Assembly (NCBI RefSeq): GCF_001194135.2
Contig: NC_068984.1
Coordinates: 53,888,911 to 53,952,910, forward strand
Reading direction: 5' to 3'
From: Octopus bimaculoides
Taxonomy: Eukaryota
Length of the DNA stretch: 64,000 nt
This document shows, piece after piece, positions 25,770 to 39,437 of the stretch (position 1 is its first letter; the number at the start of each line of letters is the position of its first letter). Position numbers and translations under genes: made by a program. Under the pieces are notes generated by a model. The model saw only the letters and a program-made list of their open reading frames with translations. It had not been told where the DNA came from and did no database searches.

Positions 25770-27429
25770 TAGAATGTTAAGGGATACATCTAAATATTGC
25801 TTCTGCTGATTCTGCTATCCATTGCTGTTGTATATATTATTAAAATATATAAACAACCCATATAAATAACAAAGTTTAAATTTATAGGGTATGATAAGCT
25901 CTGTAATATAAATGGTAGGCCCTTAGTATTCCTTGTGCCAACTATTTTTAATACTCCATTAATGCTTATAATAAAGGTAGAATATTATTAGCCCCTCTCA
26001 TATTGTCAAGTTATTATGATTATCATATATTTGATAAAATTTATTGAACTGCATTAGCAATAAATATTTATCCTTTGACAAAATGCTTTGTGGTGCTAAG
26101 CTATTGCGCTTCACACTCTAAGTTCAAATCTTTCTGAAGTCAATTTTTTCTTTCTTCCTCGGTTGATGAAATAAAGTACCAGTCATTTACTGATGTTAAT
26201 ATATTCAACTTTAAAACCTTGTGTCTCTCAGAAAGTGTTATATAAAGATAACCTTGTTTGCTCATAGAGAGAAATGGTCATAACAGTTGTACAATGGCAT
26301 CTAGTTCTTGACTAAGTGTTATGATTTAGTTTTGAATACAAGTTTTCGAATGTTAATCTCTTAACTACTATTGGACTCTTACTAAAATTTACATACCAAA
26401 TATCTTAAATGTACATGATTAGAGTTCTGATCTTGTGACTTTTATATCTTAGTTGTTCACTCAGAGCTGATTGAGGCTATTCTACAAGAATAAAAAAAAT
26501 TAAAATATTTCAAGGTATGGTGAAATGCATTTGTTTTAGGATAAGAATGTGTCCTAGGCATAGCTGAGTGGTTAAGAACCTTGATTTGCACCTACATAAT
26601 TTTGGGTTCTATTTGCTGTGCAACACCTTAGGCAAGCGTTTTCTACTATTGTCCCTGGTTGACCAATGCCTTGTGAATAAATTTGGGAGATGGAAACTGC
26701 ATTGAAGCATGTACACTTGATAACTGGTGTTGGTTTGTTTATGTCCCAGTAATGTAGCAATTTGGCAAAAGAGACTGATAGAATAAGTACCACACTTAGA
26801 AAACCTAAGTACTGGAGTTGATTTGTTTGACTTAAATCTTTCAAAGTGGTGCTCCAGCTTGGCTGCAGTCCAGTGACTGAAACAAGTAAAAGGTGAAAAA
26901 ATGGTACTGAGTCATTTTGGCTCCTTGTTTATAGGTCTGTTCTCTCTCATTGGAGTTTGTATTTAAAAAAAAAAATTGCTACTGATGTATATGATCTGTT
27001 GTTTATTTAAGTAAATGGTGTAATAAAATGTTTGTATATACACAGGTCATGGAACACTCTTTTCTCATTACTAGACATAAATTATAGGGCAATTTAACAG
27101 GAAATTTAAGTAACTATCAAATTGCTGGGTAGTTCAGTCTCCTACATTTCTAAACTTTGGAATGATTTTTATATCTAACTACTTTCAAAAGACAAGCAAT
27201 AAGATATACAACCCTTTTGGTACATAAACCGTTTGGCCTTAAATGTCAAAGAATGATTTGTAAGTAGTTAATCTCATTTTCTTAATAATGACTTACATAA
27301 TAATTTCTACCTTTCAAAGAGTAATAAATTTAACAGTAAAGTACTGTGGTTGTTGTAATTGTCATTCTAACAGTATTTTTGTATTCCCCTCATGCTATAA
27401 TTTATATAGATCAGCCTAGTATTCTTTTA

Positions 27430-27990
27430 GGAGGTGGCTTTAGACTTTGGGTGTGGTTGGATACAAGGTAGAAGGGTGGTTGAGGTGGATTTGTTTGGCA
27501 GCAGAGGTTGGTTTGTGTTGGATAGCACAAAAGTTGGCTGGCAGCACTGAAGGAGGTATTGAGTAGGGCATTCCAATATGGTAGGGGGGGGGGGCAAAGC
27601 CTTGATGAGATTTGGCATACGGCTTATGGTCCCTCGGTGTTGACAGCAAGGAACTTTACTTTTGATATTTTCATTGGCCTGGCATTCTTTTCTTAAAACT
27701 TGTCATCAGCGAAATTTGAGAATCCTTTACAAATTTCATATCTATCCTTTAGGATTTATCTTCAATCCAATGGCAAGACCAAGTAAAGATGATTGAGGAT
27801 GGAGACAGATGCAGTGAGTGACCAAAATCTCTTACTCGTCTCATCTTGCTCTCTGCATTCCACAGTGCTAGCATGCTAATTAACCTGTAACTGGGATCCT
27901 GATTAGTGCTACTACTCCAAGTCAGAATAGACTTGAGAACAATAGTGCCCAAAAGTGAGTCCACACTCCTCAAAACCTTGAAACTCCTGA
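27430..27990 (-). pseudogene. Highly decayed CR1-like RT remnant
   Basis: The - translation ...ESKMRRVRDFGHSLHLSPSS...SCHWIED resembles the DISKAFD.VWH..L..KL.SYG....WI block. Weak match. Confidence 0.35.
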
Positions 27991-30188
27991 ATCAGGGCCT
28001 CACTAGTGGATACAGTTTAGATTCATACCAAGACAAACTTGGGAAGAACTATTTAAAGGACTAATTTTGATTCCAGTATCTGGTTATTATTATTTTCAAT
28101 ATCTACTCCCACTGTTTTTTTTTTTATATAGCTTATCGAAAAGTAATAAGCAGCATTAGAATTACCTACATTTGTCTGACTGTTTGGCAGTAGTCAGATG
28201 AATATTATTTCACCTGTTTTCCTTCTGATTATAAAACATTTTGATTCTAACAAGTTATCCAATGATATGGTTACATAAACTTTAATGAATTTCATTTCCA
28301 TTCAAACTGTTTATTTGTCTGAACTAAAATGTTATTTTGACTTGGAGCTAACATCATGGGGCCATTATCATGGGGCTAACATTATTTAATGCAGTGATCC
28401 TTAACAAAAATTGTTTAATCAATTAAAATTATTCCTGTAATAATAAGGAATATCATTGGTGTTAATGATAAAACTTGCTAAGAAGTACAATGCAGATAAA
28501 TATGAAAGCCAAACTGATTAAAAATTGAATGGTGGGGTGGCATGTTGTGAGGAGTAAGCCTGATTTTTCTGTTAAGTATGGTTACAACTTCAGTCATGTT
28601 TTGGTCTTATCGAACTTCTTCAGGAAAGCATAATCTGTATCTACCAGATGTTGGAATAACAAATAGCATTGAATTTGAGGGGAAAAAAGGAAAAAAACAT
28701 CATTACATCGCTCACTCAGGTAATTGAAAATAATCAATGGGAAAATATCTCAGGATACCTTCTGCTTGGAGAATAAAAAGTTAGGTGGGAGGTGGATAAT
28801 GTACTTAGTGTGGTGAGCCTTGCCCATCCCAATTTTTAATAATGTAAAATTCCACTAGTAATGAAATAATTTTTAGCATTAATGAAACCTCACATAAAGT
28901 AGGGCTAAGGGAGACAACTTGTTCTTATACAGATATTGATTGATTTTTGACATGGTACTAGGTTTCTCTTTGTTTGGAAAATTGATTGAAGTGTGTTCCT
29001 TGTATATTACTTATTTTATGACTCCCTCTCTCCCTGCAAAGAGGACTTAAACTGACAACATGAAAGCGAAGTAAAACATTTAATCTAACACCCTGTTGTT
29101 TCTCTTACCTATAGACAATAGACTATTTTATAACTAAGTATGAAAGTGTAATAATTTGATTTGAAGTCAGGAAAGTAAGAAATTGAACTAGACATAACAC
29201 ATTTTGAACACAACCATCAACTACTGCTTGTTCTGTAATGTTGTTTCTCTTTTCATTTTGCAAGCAAATGATAACTGACTTCATTTTCAAACAAAGATGA
29301 TATAATAACTTGTTAAAAAAAAATTCACAATTGTTCTCTGTCACACATTTTTGCATAATACAATATAGAATATTGTTTTATTTTGTTGCTTATACACAGA
29401 AGTGTTCTTTTTTTAATCTTAAACCTCATTCTTAAATCTTTAACAATATGTTAGAATTAATATCATTAAATTTCACAGTTAGAGGTTTTGGTAATAGTAC
29501 ATACAGTGAATAATAGACTAAATGTTCCTCTTAGTCTTTGCTCAAAACCTCTATAAGTACCTGTAATTTTTGTGAAAAGAGAGAATTGATTTGACTAGCT
29601 AGTTCTTTGGCTACGTATTTTCTTCTGATGTGGGTGATGTCTTTTTTTTTTTTCTTCCTCCAGGCAAAATTATGACAGCATGTCATTAACTCTCATTAGA
29701 TAATGAAACAGGCAAGACCATCATGGATGGAATGCCTCTGATCGTAGGGTCGCTTGATTGAGGTTGATCTAGTGCTAAACAGCACATTAGTTTATGTTCT
29801 AAATCTGTATGAATGACAAATTCTAATACCTTACACCCTTTCATGTAAGAGTTGAACTTTAGTCATCACATTTAAATTGGTAGATGTACGCACACAAAGA
29901 CACATCTTTTTATTGTTTGTGAAATGATCTGTTTGTTAGTATGCAACAGTTAAAGAACCAAAGGTTACTAAGTTACAGAAGTAAAGGTTATTAAAGGCTA
30001 TTTTAGATAATTTAGTTGGATGCAGATATGGAAAGTGTGGATGAGAAGTTGTTTACACAAGTGAGTTTCCATGTTTGATACCAATGTGTGGCACCTTACG
30101 TAAATATTTGCTCCCTTAATCGCTGGTTAACCAATGACTTGAGAGTGAAATTTGGTTGGCATGCTCCATGTGGCAGTTCATTATCTGT

Positions 30189-30236
<48 letters not shown>

Positions 30237-30370
30237 CTGTTACTTGTTTCATTCATTTGACTGCGGTTATGCTGGAGACTGCCTTAGCTGAACTGCTAAG
30301 TTATAGNNNNNNNNNNTAAACAAACCAACACTGGTTCTCAAACGGTGGTGGGAAGACAAACAGATACAAA

Positions 30371-30434
<64 letters not shown>

Positions 30435-30964
30435 CACATTTAAAAATTTCTTTCAGTTTTTGTCTATCAGACTTACTCATAAGGCTTTGGTCAGCCCAAG
30501 ACTACAGTAGAAGACACCCGAGGTGCTACACACTGGGACTGAACCTGGAACCATGTGGTTGTGAAGCAAACTTCTTATCTCACAGCCATGCCTCAATAAA
30601 CTACGCGTATGGCAAGAGAAGTAAACTTCTAACTTTGGAAATAGAAGACTAAATTCATTAAATGACACAGGTAAGGAACACTTACATTCAGAACTCTGAG
30701 TTTCTTGATAGTGATGTATTCAATAAATACTCACTATCTAGAAATTCAGAATTCTCAATGTAAGGCTGTTTCTTGGATTCTGTGGCATATACCTCCTCAC
30801 CTGGACATGATGCTAGTCCATTGCAAGGTTTCTCATTTTTACCAGCTGACTGGACTGGAGCAACATGAAATGAAGTGTTTTGCTCAAGAACACAATGCAT
30901 TGCCTGGCCCAGGAATCAAAACCACAATCTTGCAATCATGAGTTCATGCATGTGTCATCATATT

Positions 30965-31032
<68 letters not shown>

Positions 31033-31035
31033 CAC

Positions 31036-31224
31036 ACATTAAATAAAATATTTAGTAATGTTCATAAAGTTCAATAGAACATAGCCGATCGATATATATA
31101 TATATATATATATAATTTAATTTATATAAGGGCATCGATCGATATATATATATATCGATATATATCATCGGTCGGCTATGTTCTATTGAACTTTATGAAC
31201 ATTACTAAATATTTTATTTAATGT
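31036..31224. repeat. Perfect 53-bp inverted repeat (foldback) around a TA/ATCGAT spacer
   Basis: 31036-31088 is the exact reverse complement of 31172-31224 (checked base by base). Confidence 0.95.
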
Positions 31225-32169
31225 TTAACACACTTCGGCATTGTAAAAAAAATTATTAAAATACAATAATAAAAAAACGTGAAAACCAGACCATATTGTA
31301 ACTTTATTCAACTGATATATTATTCTATACACATCATCATCATCATCTACACAAATTTGGAAAAAAATATATGAGTGGCTGTGTGGTAGCTAGCTTGCTT
31401 ACCAATCACATGGTTCTGGGTTCAGTGGCACTTTGGACAAGTGTCTTCTACTATAATCTCGGGCCGATCAAAGCCTTGTGAGTGGATTTTGTAGATAGAA
31501 ACTGAAAGAAGCCTGTTGTATATGCATATGTGTGTGTATATGTTTGTGTGTCTGTATTTGTCCCCCCAACATCACTTGACAACTGATGCTGGTGTGTTTA
31601 TGTCCCCATAACTTAGTGATTCAGCAAAATAGATGGATAGAATAAGTACTGGGGTCGATTTGCTCCAGCATGGCCACAGTCAAATGACTGAAACAAATAA
31701 AAGAATAAAAGAATATATGTGTTTCTTTGTGTAATGGTGCATTGAATTTAGGTACCCAGTTATATCTCTTTACACCAAGAACCTAGCCATTCAGTAAATA
31801 GTCCAAAAATCAAAACCAGTAAAAGAATAATATATTTATGCTTCCTAAAAACAAAGCATTATCTCTTAAGAATGAATTATCATATGGAGACTGCAATGTT
31901 TCAGATCTGACTGGTTACTACAAAATGGCTTGATGTAGAACTATTAAGGAATTTTAGAGTAAATTTAATCTATAATAATGCTTTTGTGACACTGGGAAAA
32001 GCAAGCTGCACACCTACATCCATAAAAACTTTTACTGTAAGAGTAGTTATAAATAATGCTGAAATCTCCCTGAATTTATACTTCTCTGCATTCATGGGCA
32101 ATCTGTGTGCTGCATTTGGCCTGTGGGTCTTTCTGCATGGTACGCCTAATGACAAAATGCCTTGAATTT

Positions 32170-32291
32170 GGCCGTTGATCGTTACCGCGTGGCCGTTGAT
32201 CGTTACCGCGTGGCCGTTGATTGTTACCGCGTGGCCGTTGATTGTTACCGCGTGGCCGTTGATCGTTACCGCGTGGCCGTTGATCGTTACC
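32170..32291 (+). repeat. 21-bp tandem repeat, 5 full copies plus 1 partial (GGCCGTTGA(C/T)... unit GGCCGTTGAT(C/T)GTTACCGCGT)
   Basis: Units start at 32170, 32191, 32212, 32233, 32254 and 32275. Confidence 0.95.
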
Positions 32292-32594
32292 AACGTCGCC
32301 TCCCTGGCATGTGTGCCAGTGGCACGTGTATAGACATTCGAGCGAGATCGTTGCCAGTGCCAATGGACTGGCTCCTGTGCAGGTGACACGTAATACACAC
32401 CATTTTGAGCGTGGCACGTAAAACACCCACTACACTCTTGGAGTGGTTGGCGTTAGGAAGGGCATCCAACTGTAGAAACTCTGCCAAATCAGATTGGAGC
32501 CTGGTGTCGCCTCCTGGTCCACCAGTCCTCAGTCAAATCGTCCAACCCATACTAGCATGGAAAGCGAACATTAAACGATGATGATGATGATGAT
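32292..32594 (+). mobile_element. RTE-tailed element 3' part
   Basis: Matches the reverse complement of 12040-12400 and ends in (GAT)n. Confidence 0.85.
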
Positions 32595-33155
32595 GTGGTC
32601 TGCTTAATGATGAGCCATGTCTCAAACAGCCTCCTTTACAGTTTTAGATAAAGCTAATTTAGTCCTAAATATTCTTAAAATGGTTCTATGATCACCATTA
32701 GAATACCTTTCATCACCTTTCATGTGTTATGTCTAGTTCAATTTCTTACTTTCATCACAGCTCTGCTTGATCACAGTTGTCCTGGGGATAAACAATAAAA
32801 AAAATAACAATTGCTTTTGTCAGAGCTGTTGTTGTTATCTTCTTCCTCATCCACATCTATTTAAAGTTGATCTGTTTTCCTATGCTTACATATATTACAT
32901 TGTGTCACTCTCAGCCCTTCTCATGCTCTTTCTTCTATACTCATATTAAGTTTTTGCTGGTCTAATTCTAATTTGTACACTTGCTACTCACCATTCTATG
33001 TTACTCTTTAATTCAGTATTTATCATTTATTCATCATTCATTGTCTAACTAGTGCTATTATTTTGTTGGCTTATATTGACCAGATATTTTCATTTGTTCT
33101 TAACCTGTTTCAAATCTCTCTTGTCTAATCCTATTCATATGCATGCTTATGTATA

Positions 33156-34560
33156 ACTAGCAGTATAGCCTGGCGTTGCCCGGGATTAAGTTAAGATTAT
33201 TAAGCTAATCAAGCGCTTTGTTTCAAACCAAACTAAGTAACACCAATGTCAGATTTGAGTGAAGTCTGTTAAAATTGGTAAGCGTTTAGCTGAAAATGGG
33301 TTGCAGACAATTTGATTGGGAAATCCCATAAGGAATCAGTTTATCGATTTTTCCACCACTCATCGATTATTTTATTTTTTTTTTTTTGGAGAACTTAAAG
33401 CATTCAAAGATCCCATAAGTCCTAAGTAACGCTGGCATCAAATTTGAACAAAATACGTCAAAATTGGTAAAAGTTATGGTTGAAAATGGGGTGTAGCCAG
33501 TTGTAGAGGGAAATCCTATAAAGAATTGGTTTATCAATTTTTCATCCTGATTGAATGGAAAACTCCATGAGGAATCAGTTTATTGATTTTTCACCCCAAA
33601 TAAGACTTAACTGAACACAACATTGCTGATTCAAAATAATCTATATTTATACTTTAAAGTTGGTTTTCACACCCAACCCAGTTCTGCAGAATCAGTGTTG
33701 CGACGAGAATACATGGGTTGGGAGTTTGACCGACAGAGGTGATCAGGTTGCACATGCTGGCNNNNNNNNNNNNNNNNNNNNNNNNNNNNNNNNNNNNNNN
33801 NNNNNNNNNNNNNNNNNNNNNNNNNNNNNNNNNNNNNNNNNNNNNNNNNNNNNNNNNNNNNNNNNNNNNNNNNNNNNNNNNNNNNNNNNNNNNNNNNNNN
33901 NNNNNNNNNNNNNNNNNNNNNNNNNNNNNNNNNNNNNNNNNNNNNNNNNNNNNNNNNNNNNNNNNNNNNNNNNNNNNNNNNNNNNNNNNNNNNNNNNNNN
34001 NNNNNNNNNNNNNNNNNNNNNNNNNNNNNNNNNNNNNNNNNNNNNNNNNNNNNNNNNNNNNNNNNNNNNNNNNNNNNNNNNNNNNNNNNNNNNNNNNNNN
34101 NNNNNNNNNNNNNNNNGAGATGGTGGTCTCCCCTCGCCCTACCCCCTTTTTCTGAACCAAAATAAGGGATTTGCAGCATATTAGGAGGTCAGGGTACTTG
34201 ATTCCACGCAAAAAAAAAAAAAATTCGATTTTTATTTTTTTACCTTATTGAAAATAGGGCGGGTGAAAAGATCAATGGGAGTGGGAGTGATATTTCTGAG
34301 GCCCCCACCTCACCCTACCCCATTTTTTGGACCCCCCCCCAAGGGTTTTGTAGCATATTAAGAGGTCACAGGAATTCATTCAGCGAAAAAAAAAAAAATA
34401 TTTCCAGTTATTCTGAGATGGTGGTCTCCCCTCGCCCTACCCCCTTTTTCTGAACCAAAATAAGGGATTTGCAGCATATTGGGAGGTCAGGGTACTGGAT
34501 TCCACGCAAAAAGTCGAGTTTTTTTTTTCTTAGTGAAAATCGTGCGGGTGTTAATCTAAA
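33156..34560 (+). mobile_element. Sub-repeat-rich non-autonomous element, probably Helitron-like, spanning a gap
   Basis: 5' end ACTAGCAGTATAGCCTGGCGTTGCCCGGG; three internal AATTGGTAA...GGAATCAGTTTAT-type units; a 97-bp direct repeat at 34117 and 34415; GCGGGTG motifs near the end. Confidence 0.45.
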
Positions 34561-35686
34561 AATTTACCAACCAGATTTTAGTGAAAACCTGAATATGGTC
34601 CAGTTTTAACTTAGCTTAATGTCTTGAAGTCAACACTTTTCATACTTTCAACTAAAACTGGACAATTCATTAGTCACAAGAAGTTTAATCTCACAGACTT
34701 GGGGATTATTTTTAATGAGAAGCAAGTTTGTAAGGAATAGTATATTATTACTGCATATATGTTATTAATACTTTATGATTCAGTTTAATGATTTTTTTAA
34801 AATGGAGAATGCTACAACTGATCTTTGTCACATATCGCCTAATAAAAAAAGAGGAAAATTAGCAATGACTCCCGTTCATGTGAAAGCAAAGCCAGGTTAT
34901 ACCTGTAATAAACATGTTGCTTAGATGTGAATGAGTATGTTGAGGCATGCATGAGGCATTGGAAAACAGTAACACCATGGATCATGAACAGTATGAATAT
35001 TACATTATCTAACCTGGACAGATTGATCAAACGAGAAAACTATTGATGTGCAATTGGATCACCAAATCCTCTACTTGGTTTCTAGGCCTGCTAGAAACAG
35101 CAACTAAGTCGTCTGAAAATCATACTCTGCTAACTTTAAAAAAAAGGAAAAAAAAAGACTTGTTGGATATATGGTCCTGTGCATCCTATACAGGAAACTG
35201 ACTGGTTAGTCCTGGCAGGAACGCCTGTGATCATAGATTAGTTCGATCAGAGCTGACTTGGAGGTAAATATCAACAACAGCATACAAGTCTTTCTCTCAG
35301 AAGATATTACTAGGAAGGTCTTAAAATGTCAATGGATCTAGAAAAAGTATTGATCCAAATTTAGAAAATGTATCGATCCAAATTTAATAGAAAGAACAAA
35401 GAAATTGTTAATAGAGAAATACCTTGGAGCTTAGATAACACTCACTATCTACCACCAGCTTTGCATGCTCACACACACACATGCTCATGCATGCATACAC
35501 ACACACACACACACACCCTGCTATACATTGTCTGACTATTTCTATTGTTTTATATTGACCAGATACTTTCATTTGTTCTCAACCTGTCCCTCAAATCTCT
35601 CTTGTCTATAATCCTATTCATATGGATGCATATCTGTAACTATTTGGCTGTGTCTGTCTTTCTCAGTCTGTTTCTGCCTGTATCTA

Positions 35687-35719
<33 letters not shown>

Positions 35720-38700
35720 GTCTCTCTCTGTCTCTCTCTCTCCTCCACTGTCTCTTTCTGTCTTTCTCTCTTCATATAAGAAAATAAATCCAATGTGATT
35801 TTGTTATTTGATTTCCTTATAGTTGTAAAATTTTAATTTGTAATTTGATTTTCCCCCTAGTTTAGATTATTTACTCTGTTTTCTTCCTAACTTTGTGAAA
35901 GAATGTTGAAATGATATAGCAAAGAGATTAAACAAAGTTTTATAAAAAAAGAAAGAAATAAAACCATTTAAATTACTAAACACTAGTGCTATTTATCAGT
36001 TACTTAACATAGCAGTAGCATAATTAAACTGTGTAAATAATTATTGTTGGGTTCAGTCCTATTCCATGGCACCTAAGTCAGTTGTCTTCTACTATATCCC
36101 CAGAACAGTCAAAACCTTGTGAGTGAATTCGGTAGACAGAAACTGAAAGAATCCTGACGTGTGTGTGTGTGTGCTTAGTGGTTAGGGTACTTGGCCCATG
36201 CTCTTCCAGCAGTGTGTTGTGTTCTTGAAAAAAAAAAACAAACAATTTATTTCTCTTTGCACCAGTTCACTCAGCTGGCGAAATGAGTAGTACCTGTATT
36301 TCAGAATGTCAGCCTTGTCACATTCTGTGTCACACTGAACTACATTAGTAGTACCTTGAGAACTACATTAAGGGTATGTGTGTCTGTGGAGTGCTTAGCC
36401 TCTTGCACATTAATTTCACGAGCAGGCTGTTCCTTTAATCAGATTAACAGGAACCCTCATTGTCATAGCTGACGGAGTTCTTGTGTGTGTGTGTATTTAT
36501 GCTTGTAGATATATGTATATTCATTTATGTGTGTTGTTTACTATCTCTTTGTCTTGATATGATTGTGATAATTGTAGACAAGTGTCACCATCATAGAAAT
36601 GGTGACCTTCATTTACATTTTTCTGAGAAAACATGTTTGGTTTTTTTAGAAATATTACATTGACCTTTCAGAAACAGGTGAGGGTTGGTGACAGGAAGGG
36701 CATCCGGCTGTAGAATATCTGCCACAACAAATTCTATCTCACTGATGTGAGTCTGAGAAAAGTGGATTTTAAAACAACAATGAGAAAGACGAATATCTCA
36801 CTTTGATTTTATGATAACTATTTTTTGTTTTAGTTTTTTTAATATGAAGTAGAAGAGTAGGGGCCATAACCTTTTTTAGGGCATTCAAAATTGGTCAGAG
36901 GAAGCTATCTTCTGATGAGTGTTCTTGTCTGAATACTGACAACAATAAAAACACACAAAATAAAGCTGGGTAGTGGTGTTAATATGGACATCCTTAGAAT
37001 GGCAATGATCTCTCTGGCTTACTACACAGGTTCATCTGTCTACCAAATTTCACTCACAAAGCTGTACTTGAAGGTATTTGCCAAAAGTGCTGTATAATAG
37101 ACTGATCCTGCAACCATGTAATTGTGAAGAAGAATTCTTAAACATTCAGCTATGCCCTCCATAAATCAAATTACAGATAAAATACTTCTCATCTTTTACT
37201 GGTTCATGTTATGTGGCCATGCTAGGGCACTGCTTTCAAGGGTTTGCTTGAACAATTCAAACCCAGTACCAAGCTTCTAAGTTTGGTACTTATTCTATTG
37301 GTCTCTTTTGCCAAATTTCTAATTCATAAGGATGTTAATAAACTTATACCAGGTGTATATATGTAGGACACTGTGTCCCTAAATGATTCTATGTGTGAGT
37401 GCATATGCATTCATTTGTTGGTATATGAATGTATATACACACACACATTTCTGTGTACTAATGTTTTGGGGTGTGTGAAAATATGTCTCTACTTTTTTCT
37501 CCCAGTCAAGATATTAAGTGGTTATGTTATCTGACCCAAACCCTTACTTTGTAATATATTATCTCTGTCAGATCCCCATCACTTACCCTGTACTATTTCT
37601 AATCTCCTTGCCTCTTCACTCAAATTTCTATCCAAAATTGGCTATTATTTTCCTTAATTCTGCCACCTCTCATTTAAACTTTCTCTTCCCAATCTGATAT
37701 GGGGAATAAGTACTAGGTTTACAAAGAATAAGTCCTGGGGTCGATTTGCTTGACTAAAGGCGGTGCTCCAGCATGGCTGCAATCAAATGACTGAAACAAG
37801 TAAAAGAGTAAAAGAGAGAGAGTATATCAGTACACTATTTTGAGTAAGTATATTCAGCTGTTTTCACTTCTCAACTTAGCATATATAAAATACCGAAGGA
37901 TATGTAAATTAAAGAAGTTTCAGTAAAATATTTATAGTTGATTCAATTGAGTCTGTTCTTGTGTGTGACTGCTATTGTGTCTATGAACATGTGTATCATA
38001 CAATATGTTAGAATAACTGCATATGTTTCTCTGTATATGCACATGTATACATATATACATATGCACTCACATACACATATTGGTTGTGAAGTATAACAAA
38101 CAGGTGAAGAAAAATCATCTCTAGTATTGAATTCATTGTTTGATAGAAGACATATGTCTGCATTGGTTGAAACATGTCATTAGAAAAGATGTAGGCTAGC
38201 TGAAAAACTGTTTCAAGTAGCAACACAGTGAGGAAGACTTGGAGAGAGACAGATAATTTTTATTACTTTGGAACTCACAAACAAATGGTAGATATAATGT
38301 ACATACACGAATAGTATCTATACTGCACACCCATCTGTACAATATTGCTAAATTAGATAATGATGATGATACTACTACTACTACTACTACTACTCTTCCT
38401 TTTTACTATAGCCACAAGGGGATAGTTGATTACAACCCAAGTGCTCAATTGGCACTTATTTTTATTGACCCTGAAGGGATGACAGGCAAAGGTGACTACA
38501 GCAGAATGTGAACTCGTACTGTAAAGGGCCAAAAGAAATGCCGCTAAACATCTTGTCTGACATGCTAATGATCTTGTCAGCTTGCTGTCATTAATGCTTT
38601 CAAATTTTGGCACAAGGCCAGCAATTTTAGGGGAGTGGGATGATTGATTACATTGATCCTGGTGCTCAGCTGGCATTCATGTTATTGATCTTGAAGAGAT

Positions 38701-39014
38701 GAAAGGCTGAGTTGACCGTGGTGGGATTTGAACTCAAAATGTAAAGTGCTGGAAAAAATACCACAATACATTTCATCCAACTCTCTAATAATTCTGCCAC
38801 TCACTGTCCTTAAAATATTGTTTGATATAGCTACAAGGCCAGTAATGTTAAGTGGGGGGATACTATTTGATCAAATTGATCCTGCTACTTGACTCATACT
38901 TTATATTATTGACCCCAGAGGGATTTGAATATAAAGAGCTGGAATAAATACTTCAAACAATTTTGTCCAATGGTCCTTTCAATCCATTACTCTTAATAAT
39001 AATTCTTTCTACTA

Positions 39015-39405
39015 TACTCTTTTACTCTTTTATTTGTTTCAGTCATTTGACTGCAGCCATGCTGGAGCACCGCCTTTAGTTGAGCAAATCGACCCCAGGA
39101 CTTATTCTTTGTAAGCCTAGTACTTATTCTATCGGTCTCTTTTGCTGAACCGCTAAGTTACGGGGACATAAACACANNNNNNNNNNNNNNNNNNNNNNNN
39201 NNNNNNNNNNNNNNNNNNNNNNNNNNNNNNNNNNNNNNNNNNNNNNNNNNNNNNNNNNNNNNNNNNNNNNNNNNNNNNNNNNNNNNNNNNNNNNNNNNNN
39301 NNNNNNNNNNNNNNNNNNNNNNNNNNNNNNNNNNNNNNNNNNNNNNNNNNNNNNNNNNNNNNNNNNNNNNNNNNNNNNNNNNNNNNNNNNNNNNNNNNNN
39401 NNNNN

Positions 39406-39437
<32 letters not shown>

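Noticed and set aside
29664-29760. Strong + strand acceptor (T-run then CTTCCTCCAG)
   Set aside because: All frames close quickly, there is no good donor, and the sequence runs into a repeat fragment.
32170-32291. CRISPR-like array
   Set aside because: The repeats are contiguous with no unique spacers, and the context is eukaryotic.
37587-37695. - strand exon candidate ending CAGG|GTAAGT
   Set aside because: All frames contain stops and the acceptor is formed at a SINE junction.
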